This document shows, piece by piece, positions 1-17,674 of a stretch of DNA of 64,000 bases. Made by a program: the position numbers and the translations under genes. The notes below the pieces were generated by a model. The model was given only the letters and a program-made list of their open reading frames with translations. It did not search any database and was not told the origin of the DNA. Source of the DNA: the human T2T-CHM13v2.0 reference genome, Homo sapiens; NCBI RefSeq assembly GCF_009914755.1, contig NC_060926.1; one strand, written 5' to 3'. How positions within the stretch are numbered: the stretch's first letter is position 1; each line of letters opens with the position of its first letter.

Positions 1-5555
<5,555 letters not shown>

Positions 5556-5745
5556 GAATCCAGTCATTGTTTTAAAGAATTAGTGTCATGGGAATGTACA
5601 ATTTCAGGGAAATTATGTTTTAGTGGCTTTTTAACGTGTAAAAGGAACCTATTATTCCTAGCTTGCACATGTTTCTCCTAAAGTTATAACTCATTGTAAG
5701 GAAGGAAGTTTTGTCATTGTACCTTGATTATCTTCTTCAAATATA

Positions 5746-6033
5746 TTTTAGAGACAGGATCTTGCTCTGTTACCCAAGCTGGAGTCCAGTGGTATGATCA
5801 TTGTTCACTGTAGCCTTGAATTCCCAGGCTCAAGGATCCTCTCACCTCAGCCTCCCCAGTCCCTAGGACTACAGGCATGTGCCACCATGCCCAGATAATA
5901 TTTTCTATTTGTTTGTGGAGACAGGGTCTTGCTATGTTGCCCAGGCTGGTCTTAAACTCCTGGCTGTAAGCGATCCTCCCATCCCAGCCTCCCAAAATGT
6001 TGGGATTACCGGCATGAGCCACAGTGTCAGGCC
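5746..6033 (-). mobile_element. AluJ-type SINE
   Basis: Reverse Alu (GAGACAGGATCTTGCTCTG...CCCAAAATGTTGGGATTAC...GGCC) with J-type diagnostics, heavily diverged. Confidence 0.92.
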
Positions 6034-6869
6034 CAGATACTAAATTATCATTGAAACATACCTCTAGTCTATTATTGACAGTTTTCAAATAAAAGGAACT
6101 ATTCAAAACTTTTCAATTTTCTTTGTCCTTTTGCTCCTTTATACTATAAGAAGAATGCACTAGCATAAAGGTACTATTAGAGCACCCAAGGCTCAAGTTG
6201 ATCTTCAGTATTGTATCTTACTATGCTTTCTCAGTATTTTAAGTGTTTGAACCATACATCTTGGAAATGTGTTTTAATTATAAAATAGATGGCCACAAAA
6301 CAGAAAAGTTTATTTACAAACTGAAACTAAACTTCAAAACATTGAACCTCTTTAGTGATTTAAACTTGTGTCATGCCAAACTGTCTTTTATGTGAATCAA
6401 TGTTTCCTATTTTTAGCTTGAAAAATGCTCTCTCCACCCAAGAAAGACACCAATAACAACATTTTAATTTTAGAGGAATTGGTCAACTTCTTCAAAGAAC
6501 ACAATAAAAGTAGAACTTGTTTCACAGTAGTCACTTTCTTTTTTTTAAAAAACGGAATTCCATCAGCTTTAAATCCTCTGATTGCTTTTGAAAATGTTCC
6601 TACAAATATGTACCTCTAAATATTTCATTTAATGGTTTCTTTGAATAAAATTTATCATATGAATAAGCAACAAACATTATCTATGTAGTAATTAATCATA
6701 TTAGTCATGGAGTATTTGCTAAGTATATTATTGATTAAATGTTAACTATACCTCATACTAAGAACAGTGTTTTGCTTTTATGAGCTTCAGAAAACATTCT
6801 CTAGCAAAATTATCAGCAAAAGATTAGTTTAAAATGGGGTGGTACAATATTCCCTCAATTAAAAAGCTG

Positions 6870-7035
6870 AAAGTCAGACTAGGAGCAAGGAAATATGATT
6901 TTTTCTGTAGTTTTGGCTCCTCACTTGTTGTGTGACCATAGATGAGACAGTAAAACACTTTAAACCTCATTTTCATCATAAAGATAACAGAATTATCTCC
7001 AAAATTGCTTTCAGCTCTTAAACCCCGTGATTCTG
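6870..7035 (+). mobile_element. MIR/MIR3 fragment
   Basis: TGTGTGACC...AAACCTCATTTTCATCATAAA...CTTTCAGCTCT...TGATTCT resembles the MIR core and tail. Confidence 0.55.
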
Positions 7036-7229
7036 ATGAAGGGCTAAGAGAAATTCAGGGAGCACCAGAAACGTATCTTAGTACCTCTGCCTAGATTCTT
7101 CCCCTCTCAGGGATGTTACCATATCAATCATCACACATATCAGCTGTGTCTTAATGACATTTAAAAATGTTGATCACAGCTTTAAAAAAATATCTGAAAC
7201 AGACATTCCCACTTACAGCGATTGTTTTC

Positions 7230-7625
7230 TCTCTCCTCTCATTCATAATCCCCCTTCTTGAGTTATGTATACATCCTGCCTCACCTGCCATTCTCTCTTC
7301 AACCCAATCCAATCTGGCCTTTGCCACTTAAACTCTCCTAGTTACAATCACTAAAGCCTTCCTATTGCTAAAGCGAAACTGCATTCTTCACTCCCAAATT
7401 AAAACATTTCTCTTTCTCAACCTCCTTTGCTAGCATCTTCTCCTAAGTTTTAAATGTTGGGGTCTTCAGAGCTCTGTCTAATGTCTTGTATTTACTCAGT
7501 ATGCACTCCTTGGTTGGTATCAGCAATTCACATAGCTTTTGTCTACATGCTTGTGACCCATAAATTTATATTTGCACCTAAACCTCTCTTCTGAGGTCAC
7601 AACTTATATTTATAACTGCTTACCT
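7230..7625 (+). mobile_element. L2 fragment
   Basis: CCAATCTGGCCTTTG, TTTAAATGTTGGGGT and CTCTCTTCTGAG pyrimidine-rich L2-like motifs. Confidence 0.55.
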
Positions 7626-7901
7626 CAAGGATGCAGGCTGATAAAGGCTCCATTATTTTGTTGATGTGCCATCTGTGATATGTGGCTCCCCAGTACGATG
7701 GCCGGGAAAGAGTGGCTGGATTGTGCAGCAGCTTCTCACCATCTCTGGCCGGAAGTAACGTTCTTCACTTTCTCCCACATTTCATTGGTCAGAGCGAGTC
7801 ACAGTTCTCTGCGTAACTCCAACAGTGCTGGGAAGTATAGTTTCTTAGACACCCAGAAAGGAACTAGATAGTATTGGTGAGCACAAGTAGTATCTACCAC
7901 A
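7625..7901 (-). mobile_element. Old MaLR LTR fragment (MLT1K/L-like)
   Basis: CACATTTCATTGGTCAGAG...GCTGGGAAGTATAGTTT...TCTACCACA terminus typical of reversed MLT1 LTRs. Confidence 0.65.
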
Positions 7902-7994
7902 AAAAGAATTGTATTTGACTTCTTTTTTCCCTTTTCCCGTAACCATCACTTCCTAAATGTTTCTTTAGTATATCTAATTTTCTCTATCTCTACC

Positions 7995-8415
7995 TGTGGC
8001 AGGTGAGAGATGCACTGCCCAGATCAGCCTTCAAGAAAGGGCTTTTTGCCTCAGCTGCTGAAAATGCTTTCGGCAGACAGCCTGCAGCTGTCTGCTTTTT
8101 GAGGGTCTGTCTCAGCTGCATGGCCTCAGCTTGGGCACTATCTAGCCCAAGTGCACACCCTTCTTGAGATGGCCTACACCCCATGATTTATTTGTAGCAG
8201 AGTATGACTGGTGCTTTCCAACTCTCCTCCCTCTGTGAAATCTTGTTTTCTTTCTTCAGGGAAGGGATTAGGATGAGGAGAAATTAACAAAATACCAACA
8301 TTTTAAATACAGATAAGATCAAGCCCCTTCTTTGCACATGTGTTAATGTTTAACACAGACACTGCATAACGAATTCTATTTAAGTATCTGTTTTTGGAAG
8401 AAACAACCTATGCAA
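7995..8415 (+). mobile_element. LTR16-like 5' LTR of an ERVL provirus
   Basis: Starts TGTGGCAG...CACTGCCCAGATC; ends with a degenerate TCTGTTTTTGGAAGAAACAACCT immediately before internal sequence. Confidence 0.65.
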
Positions 8416-11400
8416 GTTGATAATGAGAAAGGTCTGAGAAAGTTGCTGATAAGATAGGGTTTAGGAGCCAGACCACTTTCAGCATACTGCAGTGGGGACC
8501 CTCTCTCTGGTAAGTGGAACATAGACATCTCTGGGCATAAGGTGGGTGAATGCTCTGTTATTAAAACTCTCTAGATTAGTAAGTCATGAAGGTATGCCAT
8601 TGGGGGTGGGGAGGGCACACACTAGCTGGTGTGAAGTATCAGAACTTTGAGAAGCACTGGGGAAATAGTTACCATAATGATAACAAGAACAGATGGCTAT
8701 TGCTAAGCTCATTACAACCCAAGAAAAAAATAATGAAAAACTATGAGCAATTGAACACCAAACATGAAATCCAATGCATCTTTATGATAGCTTACGAAAA
8801 CACTCTTGTGCTGCAAGAAGGCAGAGGAAGCTGAGGAGCAGGAGTGAATGGTGTAGTAGAGCTCCAGATAAGGTTAAATGCCCCATTGAGGCAGGTCAGT
8901 TATGACAATATCAAGGTACGGCTGGGAAAAATGGGACCCTGACACTTGAGAACATCTGGTTGTGAGTGTCCCTAGAAATTTTGAACCCCAGACTCTTCTG
9001 AATTCCAAAAATGCAGAAGTGGGCCACCCCTTCTTCATAAGGGCTGTCCACCCACCTTACTTGAAGGTTATGAAGAGCCCTCTCCCTCACAAAATAACAT
9101 GTGCCTCCTGTTATGGCCACTAGGCATTAACACTAGCGTTAACTCATTGCATAACCCAGCCAAAAAATGTGCTAGTTCCAATAAGGCTTAGTTCCTTAAA
9201 GAAGCTGCAAGACCTAGCCATTGTGTATTGGCAGGTACTGCAGGGGAACCTGTGGGTTTGATTCCTGAGAGTACTTAATCAAGCAGGCCCAAAAATTAAA
9301 TCAGGCAAGTAAGAGTTTATTGATATGGGAGCATTCTTGTGAAATAGGATTTAATGGTTTGGTAAGGACTCCAGGTGATGGTACATACAAGATGGCTTCT
9401 GGAACCATAGAAAAAGCAATGACCAATGCTATGTGAAGTTGCAATATAGACAATATTTGCAGACAGTAGATAAAAGGATTTAAAAACCCATGGAAGTGGG
9501 CACGCTGGAGTAAATATACTTTGCAAAGTCGGGAGCCCCACCTGATGGTAATGTCCTATGGGAAGGCCTATAAAAGACACCAATTACCAAGGTCATAAAC
9601 AATGTGCTGGTGTGGGGCACTGACATCAGTAAAAGTTCAGTGGTGGCTCTCTTCTATAACCCAGGGTTGATGGTAGGAGAGGCTCTTACTATTAAGTTCA
9701 CTGATAGCAGTGGGTTAAACACCTAATAAAGGCCAGGTGGTACCACTTAACTGCCAAAATCTAAGTGAATGCAATTACTGTAATAAGCGGCAGGGTCAGA
9801 GTAGCAGCCAGGAGGCCTGACCCACAGAGATGGAAATAGTTTATTAAACAAATTGTCACTAGGGGCAAAACAGATGGGACTACAACAAAGGTACTCCAGC
9901 TTGCGCTGTTGGAAGAAATCAAGGATGAATGACCAGGAGACCAAGGGCAACTGCACTGGTTAAGAGTCATAATCTAGTGCCAAGTTGCTGGACATGAGGT
10001 AGTTTTCAGACCCAAAACCCACTGACTGAGGAGGCCAAGACTCCAGCAGGAAGGAAATTGAAATACCATAGCAATATACTTAAAAATGCATTTCCCCCTC
10101 CTTCCACAAAAGTAATTTACTTGGATAATTTTTTGAATAATTGGCCATCCAGATTTGCCCAGAACTGAGGGGTGCCTTGGAACATGAGACTCTTGTCTTA
10201 AAATTAGAACTCTCCCAAGCAAACTGATTTGTTAGTCACCCTAGTGCCATACATTAAAAGGGGGACAGCCAAACATTTAAGGTTTGTTGGACACAGTCAG
10301 AAATGACAGTCATACTCAAGACCTGAAGCATCATTATGCCCCCTCTAGAGTGGGGCCATATAGAGACCAGGTAGTAAATGGAATCCTGGGAAACATCTGG
10401 CTTTTCTTGGGCCCACTGTTTCTTCAGATCTCTTAAGTGGTCATTTCCCTAGTCCCTGAAAGTATAATTGAGAATAACATACTAAATGCTACAAGCCTCA
10501 CATTGGGTTATTGGCCTGTGGCATAAAGGCAATCATAGAAGAGGGGGAAAGTGTAAGTCTTTAAAATTGTTACACAAATTCAGCAAATATAATAAATCAA
10601 AACCAATGTCACTTCCCTAAGTGGATGGTGAAAATTAGTGCCATCCTCTTAAGAATCTAGAAGATGCAGAGTTGTTAGTCCTGATTAAATCTCCATCAAA
10701 TTCACCAGCATGGCCCTTGCAAAAACTGGAAGGATTCTGAAAGATGAGAGCAGAATACTGCAAACTCAATGAAATAGTAATCCCAATTGTGGCAGCCATG
10801 CCAGATATGGTATTTTTGCTACGGGAGATCATTACATTCTCAGGTACATGATGTAAGTCCATTAATTTGGTGAATGTATTCTACTCTGCTAAGGTCAGAA
10901 AGGGCTCTTGTTCACACAGAATAGGCAATATTATATATTTGCAGTTTTGACCTAGGATTATGTCAACTCTCCTGTCCTCTAAACTATTTGAACATCTTGC
11001 AGAACAGTACATTGATTTACTGCATCAATGCTGTTACGTTAATTGGGCCAGACGGGCAAGAAGTTATCATAATCCTCGTTAAGACAAAAGTGCTCTACAG
11101 AATGGAAGATAAACCCTACAAAGATTCAGGGGCCTTCACATTATTAAAATTATAGGGTTCCTATGAACAGGGACATGCCAGGATATTCATTCCAAAATAA
11201 AAGACAACTGATCACATCTTGTACTTCTCACCACAAAAAAAGAAGCTCAACATCTTTGAGTTATATGAGTGGCAAATTTCACTATCCTACATGTGGGATT
11301 ACTGCTGTGGCCCATATGCTGGATAATACCAATGGCTGTCAGATTTGGGGGGACCCAGAACAGGAAAAAACTCTGCTGCAAGTCTAGACAGTGGTATGAG

Positions 11401-12380
11401 CAGTTCTGCTACTTGGGCCATGCAACCTGGTAGACTCTATGGTATTAGAGGTATTGGTGGTAGGTAAAGATGAGTTTTGGAGCTTCTGGAAAGCCCAATA
11501 TGGGGAATCACACGTATGTACCTGACGTTTTGGAACAAGGCCATGCAATATGCCTTTGAAAAACAACTCATGGCATGCCCTGGTGGAGATGGGACACCTG
11601 ACCATGGGATACCAATTGATCATTTATCCGCAATTGCCCATCAGCAGCTGGGGTCTGTCAGATAGATCCATTGCATCACAGAGCTGGCAGCAATCCGTTA
11701 TAATACAGAATTGGTAAGTCCAGATGTGAGCATGAACAATATCAGAAGATGCTTGAGCAGAGAGCCCAGACTCCCATGTTATCCACCAGTGTTGGACACT
11801 GCCCCTTCTTTGGCTCATATCTACAATAAGCTTACACAGAAGGAAAAGACTTGGGCTTGGTTTCTGGATGGGTCATCTGGGTATGTGCGTGCAATCTGAA
11901 AATGGATGGCAACTGCCATTGGTCAGAGCTAGTCCCAAAATCTGCCTAACTCCAATGATGCTGGAAAGTGTAGTTTCTCAAATGCCTGGAAAGGAGCCAG
12001 ACAGTATTGGTGAGCACAAGTAATATCTAGCACAAAAAGCATTTTTAGACTTGTTTTTCTTCTTTTCCTTACTGATCACCTTTCTAAATGTTTCTTTAAT
12101 TTGTCTAATTTTCTCTATCTCTCCTTATGGTAGATGGGAGATGCATTGCCCAGACTGACCTTAAAAGACAGTGGCGAGAAAATTTTTTTCCCATGGACAG
12201 AGCTTTTGGCAGTGCCTTCTCCCATATGTTCATCCACATGCCTTTACCCTAGACTTACTTGCGTACAATCTTTCAATTTCTCCTCTTCTAGGCCCTGACC
12301 AGCCTGTCATATTATTCACCACTACCCAGAAGTATGTTTTATGCTGATCTCAGTCCATTTCCTCTTCCTCAGAAATAAGG
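8416..12380 (+). mobile_element. Degenerate ERVL (HERV16-like) internal region: gag/protease/RT/RNase H remnants, 3'-truncated and rearranged
   Basis: Protease LLDT at ~10285. RT motifs NSPAWPLQK..*KMRAEYCKLN (~10700-10770), INLVNVFYS (~10862) and L..DYVNSP (~10945-10975). FEKQLMAC at ~11556. RNase H AWFLDGS at ~11855. No 3' LTR visible. Confidence 0.85.
11917..12168 (+). repeat. Diverged direct copy of 7783-8036
   Basis: Colinear match with exact blocks such as AGTATTGGTGAGCACAAGTA (7870-7889 and 12003-12022) and TCTAATTTTCTCTATCTCT. Confidence 0.93.
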
Positions 12381-12818
12381 TAAACTTTATTCTTAGAAAT
12401 CAGACAGGTTTTTTGCAATTTATTTTGTCTATTTAAAAAACTGAAAAATTGTTTAACTTCTCCTCGTTGAGTCACCTAATTTACATCCCCAACTCTGAGC
12501 AAAGCTTGCTTATGTAGTCAAGGAATCATTACTGTATTAGTTAATTTCTACTCTCTTTTTACAATCATGAATATTTGGTATATTGTATATTACTGCAATA
12601 ATAAAATAAAAATTGCTGAATGATCATTAACCAGTTTGACTAGCGTGAGAATAGTATCCATATTATATCTTTCTCATAACTAAAAAATGAATTTTATGGC
12701 ATTGTCTCAATTAGCATTCCAACTTTTTACCGTTGATAGCCCTATATATATATATTTTTTTTTTTCCTAAAACACTGTCTATCCTTTTTGAAGGGTTCTT
12801 TTAAAAAGAAGAGTGAAA

Positions 12819-14117
12819 AACAAGCAATGGGGAAAGGATTCCCTATCTAATAAGTGGGGCGGGGAGAACTAGATAGCAATATGCAAAAAATTGAAGCTGG
12901 ACCCTTTCCTTACACCTTCTACAAAAATTAACTCTAGATGGATTAAAGACTTAAACATAAAACCTAAAACCATAAAAACCCTGGAAGAAAACCTAGGCAA
13001 TACCATTCAGGACATAGGCACGGCCAAAGATTTAATAACAAAAACACTGCAACAAAAGCAAAAATTGACAAATGGGTTGTAATTAAACTAAAGAGCTTCT
13101 GCACAGAAAAATAAACTATCATCAGAGTGAACAGACAACCTATAGAATGGGAGAAAATTTTTGCAATCTACCTGACAAAGGTCTAATATCCAGAGTCTAC
13201 AAGGAACTTAAACAAAATTACAAGAAAAAAAAAAAAAAACAAACCATCCCATTAAAAAGTCGGCGAAGGACATGAACAGACACTTCACAAAAGAAGACAT
13301 TCATGTGGCCAACACATATGAAAGAAAGCTTAACATCACTGATCATTAGAGAAATGCAAATCAAAACCACAATGAGATACCATCTCATGCCAGCCAGAAT
13401 GATGATTATTAAAAAGTCAAGAAACAACAGATGCTGGTGAGGTTGTGGAGAAAAGGAAATGCTTTTACACTGTTGGGAGTGTAAATTAGTTCAACCATTG
13501 TGGAAGATACTGTGGCGATTCCTCAAAGATCTAGCAGCAAAAATACCATTTGACTCAGCAATTCCATTACTGGGTATATATGCAAAGGAATACAAGCCAT
13601 TCTATTATAAAGATACATGCACATGAATGTTCATTGCAGCACTATTCACAATCGCAATTGGTTGATTTGGGAATCAACTCGAATGCCCATCAATGATAGA
13701 CTGGATAAAGAAAATGTGGTACGTATACACCATAGAACACTATGCAGCCATAAAAAGGAATGAGATCATGTCCTTTGCAGGGACATGAATGGAGCCAGAA
13801 GCCATTATCCTCAGGAAATTAACACAGGAACAGAAAACCAAGCACTGCATGTTCTCATTTATAAGTGAGAGCTGAATGATGAGAAGACATGGACACCTGG
13901 TGGGGAACAACCCACACTGGGGCCTGTCTTGGGGGCAGAGGGAAGAAGAGCATCAGGAAGAATAGCTAATGGATGCTGGGCTTAATACCTAGGTGATAGG
14001 TTGATCTGTGTAGCAAACCACCACAACACTTGTTTACCTATGTAACAAACCTGCACATCCTGCACATGTACCCTGGTACTTAAAATTTACGTTCATGAAA
14101 AAGATTAAAAAATAAAT
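12819..14117 (+). mobile_element. 5'-truncated LINE-1 (old L1PA, approx. PA11-PA16-like)
   Basis: ORF2 3' end ([19 protein letters not shown]), 3'UTR and A tail; TSD AAG(A/G)AGAGTGAAA at 12806-12818 and 14118-14130. Confidence 0.93.
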
Positions 14118-14782
14118 AAGGAGAGTGAAATATCTATGGGAACATAAATAATATTTTATTAGTTGGAAAATTATTTTGCAGTTTCCTTAACTCTATCTTT
14201 CAAGACAAGTAGGCTAATAAAATTCTGAATTGCTGACAAATATATTTGGCCATCCATCTTTATGTCAGAAGCAAGACAAACTTTCATTCAATTTTCAAAT
14301 GCAGCTCATATTATAATTAACTCTGTTACTGTTTCTGAACTACATTTTATTAATTACTTTCTGTTTGTGATTAACCTCAATTTAATCACTTATTTAAATG
14401 CAAATTCTCTTCAAAGAATTTTGCTTGATATCTTCAATATTTGTTTCATAGACCTATGTATTCCATTATTACCATGATAAAAAATATCATGTGATATTTT
14501 TTCCTTGTGACAGATAATAAAAATCAATATAGCATCAATAATTTTAAAAATATTTGAAAAGAAACTGAGCCATATAATTTAAAAATAAACAAAAATCTAA
14601 GGGTTACATTTTTTCAAATGAACATTTTGAAACAATAGTTACTTTGAAAATAGAGCAGATTTTAAATAACAGATTCTTCGATAATAGTGATTGTATCAAG
14701 AAATTTGGTAGTACTTATATAAGTTTCTTGAAAATAAAACATTAAGACCATTATAAATGTGACATAGCTGATAGTATTTCAT

Positions 14783-14788
14783 TTTATT
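14783..14788 (-). terminator. ZSWIM2: Candidate ZSWIM2 polyadenylation signal AATAAA
   Basis: TTTATT on + strand, first canonical hexamer I found downstream of the stop (~475 nt); implies a ~500-nt AU-rich 3'UTR. Confidence 0.65.
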
Positions 14789-15262
14789 TTCATTTTATGT
14801 ATAAGAAAACTCCTTTATGGAGTTTTTTAAGGTTTTTTTTTATAGGTTTGTGGTAATTACTAGTGCAAGAAAAATGCAAAAAATACAGAAGTACCGGGGA
14901 GTAATCCCTGCATGTTATGTGCTACCGTGAAAAATATTTGAAAACAGTGACTCAAAGTAGGAAAAATCTATTTCCTTAATTTAAGTAAAACATTTCTAAA
15001 ATCAGAGTAAAATAAGATAAAGGCTCTAAAAATTATTCATTATTTATAACATCCTGAATATATTCATGAAGACACCTAATGCTGTAAGTCATATAAGTAA
15101 TAGAATCATTTCCTTTAAGTGTAGTGAGCTGTTTATAGGTAAGTAGGCAAATTCCAACAGAGAATTTTATATACATTTGTCAAGACTATGTGTGCTTTTT
15201 ATGTTCTATATAAAACATTTTTTTATATTCAACATTCAAATATTTTCAGATAGTAAACTTTT

Positions 15263-16069
15263 TCACAATTGAACTCCTTCTATTATTAAAGATAGCTCAG
15301 TACTTTTTGTATTTACAGAGTGAGACACAGGCTGTCTTGATAGATGACTACATTTTCGTGTAATTTCCCCCATACAGTTACTATACCTTTTAGACAAACT
15401 AAGTTTAGCTGTGCTCCAATTGACAATAAGATTGAAATCCTCTGGAAGTAAAGTTGATCTCTTGTTGTCCTCTCTTATTTTAGTGGCAGGAGTCTTCTTT
15501 AGGTTGTGGTTATTACATTTACAGCCTTTGGTCATCCGGCTTAGACTAGTGTGAAATTTTCCACTGATGCATGGACTTTCCATTGCAGTGGGACACACAA
15601 TATTCTTATGAACAATAGGAGGAAGCAGTGTTTGAGATGGTATTTTCCCAAATGACACAGTGGGTAAATCTTGAAGATACCTGGGAAAATGTTGGCTAAT
15701 TTTATAATCATAGGTTAATTTTTTTGAATTTGAATTATCTAATTTGATAGAGCATAGATTATCTATTGTTGTATTTTCATAGGCATCTTTTGGGCTTTGA
15801 GGTGTATTCAATTCATCAAAATTACACTGAGGTATGCTAGGTAAAATTCCAAGTCTATTTTGTTTTAAGACTAATCCAGTACCAGGAATAAAAAGATCTG
15901 GTTCTTTCTGCTTTGATAGATGAATGATGTCTCTGTTTGAAACAGACTGATGTGCTTGTCCATTCACTGCTGAATTTTTCCAAGTTAAAGGGTTATATAT
16001 AACTTGTCCATCAATAGGGCATGAATTGCACTTGTGGAATAACCAGTTGTCAATACACTTCCTGTGAAA
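15263..16069 (-). CDS. ZSWIM2: ZSWIM2 exon 9 (end of RING-H2, long C-terminal tail, stop TGA)
   Basis: Acceptor tttttttttaaag|TTT; FHRKCIDNWLFHKCNSCPIDGQ...IIEGVQL*; 807 nt. Confidence 0.97.
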   Translation of the reverse strand, partial: FHRKCIDNWLFHKCNSCPIDGQVIYNPLTWKNSAVNGQAHQSVSNRDIIHLSKQKEPDLFIPGTGLVLKQNRLGILPSIPQCNFDELNTPQSPKDAYENTTIDNLCSIKLDNSNSKKLTYDYKISQHFPRYLQDLPTVSFGKIPSQTLLPPIVHKNIVCPTAMESPCISGKFHTSLSRMTKGCKCNNHNLKKTPATKIREDNKRSTLLPEDFNLIVNWSTAKLSLSKRYSNCMGEITRKCSHLSRQPVSHSVNTKSTELSLIIEGVQL

Positions 16070-17005
16070 CTTTAAAAAAAAGGTAAGCTAATCAGAACTA
16101 TACCAATCTTGTTTATAATATTATTCAAGTAAATTTCCCCCAGTTTCATAATTTTATGATTAAAAATATTTAGCAAAATTGAAAAATAATTATTTATCAA
16201 GTTTTATGAAAATATTTTGAAGAAGTTAACTTCTAAATATAACTATGTAGGGACTGATTTCCATTTTCGATATTAAAATGCAAAGACTTTTATGGATAGC
16301 ATTTGTAATTTTGTTAAAAATTCTCTACTTAAAGTTATTCATTTCACTGCTACTTATTTCTAATGAAAATTATTTTAAAAGTCATAACCAACTGGGGTTG
16401 AAAATGGATCTGATAACAGTAAAATATAAAATAACAAATTAAGTTTTTGAAAATAAAACAATTAGCCATTTTAACTAAGGATGACTCTAAAGCTTTATTA
16501 CTGAAGCTTTGTTTGTTTACTGAACCAACTTCATTTCAGAAAAAAAGTTGGTTATCAACCACTATATAGTTGCTTATCAATTATATAGTGATCAAGTAGT
16601 ATTATGCTGATTCTAATGAGTTCATGTGAAATAATAATTATGTCAACTTAGGCATTTCTGTTTCATCTTAAGAATCATAAAAATACATAGCAAAATATTA
16701 GTATTCTATAACCTTTTTTCTTTTTACAGATAACTAAAGTAGATAAAGGAATCTAACTTAAAGTACCATTTTATCTTTCCTAGATAGTATATACAGAAAT
16801 GAGTACTAATTAATATAAAGACATCCTCAGGGAGAAAGCTGCCTTCTCGATAGTCTCTGTGGTAGTTCTTTCTATATGTGCTGTGCAATGTGAACACCTC
16901 TGTACAGAGCACAACTCAAAAGTAAAAGGACAGACTTAAATTGTCACTTCATTTGTGAAAACTGACCCTACAGGGAAAGTAAAACTAAAATGATGTGACT
17001 TTTAC

Positions 17006-17159
17006 CTTGTGAGTACATGGTAGCAATCTTGTATGTTGACCAAGATGAAATGCCTTCAAACAAAGTAGACACTGGTAGCCTGGAGCAAGCAGCTTACTAT
17101 TCTTAGTAATCAGTTGGAGAGGCAGTGATCTTACAATGTGTTTTGGTGTGTAAACTTGG
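17006..17159 (-). CDS. ZSWIM2: ZSWIM2 exon 8 (start of second RING)
   Basis: ttcag|C CAA...CAC AAG|gtaaaa; QVYTPKH...CLLCLKAF...LPCTHK; 154 nt. Confidence 0.96.
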
Positions 17160-17375
17160 CTGAATGAGAATAAGCAGAGACATGAGTGTTTACATGTTAT
17201 TATAGATCAGGAAGTGATCAATAGCACAGGTAAATAGTCTCTATATAAATAATGCAATCGAACCCTAGGTTTTCTTGAACTAAAGATAATAAATCTCATA
17301 TATTATAAAGTTAAAAAAATCTATTTTATTGATCCTGAACAATATGGATCCAACTTCATAAAGAACAAAGTTTTT

Positions 17376-17674
17376 GGCTGAGCATGATGGCTCACGCCTG
17401 TAATCCCAGCACTTCTGGGAGACTGAGGTGGGTGGATTACCTGAGGTCAGGAGTTTGAGACCAGCCTGGCCAACATGGCAAAACCCCATCTCTAATAAAA
17501 ATATAGAAAAATTAGCCGGGCATGGTGGCAGGTGCCTGTAATCACAGCTACTCAAGAGGCTGTGGCAGGAGTATCCCTTGGACCCAGGAGGTGGAGGTTG
17601 CAGTGAGCCGAGATCACGGCACTGTACTTCAGCCTGGACAACACAGTGAGACTTCACCTCAAAGAGAAAAAAAA
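17376..17674 (+). mobile_element. AluSx-like in ZSWIM2 intron 7
   Basis: Full dimer, A tail, AAAGTTTT on both sides. Confidence 0.95.

Noticed and set aside
7783-12168. Direct repeats read as the 5' and 3' LTRs of the provirus
   Set aside because: The repeat is mostly flanking MLT1 and host DNA with only ~40 bp of LTR, and pol sequence continues beyond the second copy.
15263-15967. 234-aa ORF as a standalone gene
   Set aside because: It starts at a GTG inside ZSWIM2 exon 9; the real exon begins at the 16069 acceptor.
16079-16088. Consensus donor AAGGTAAGC on the + strand beside the exon 9 acceptor
   Set aside because: Explained as the complement of the acceptor's pyrimidine tract; no antisense exon evidence.
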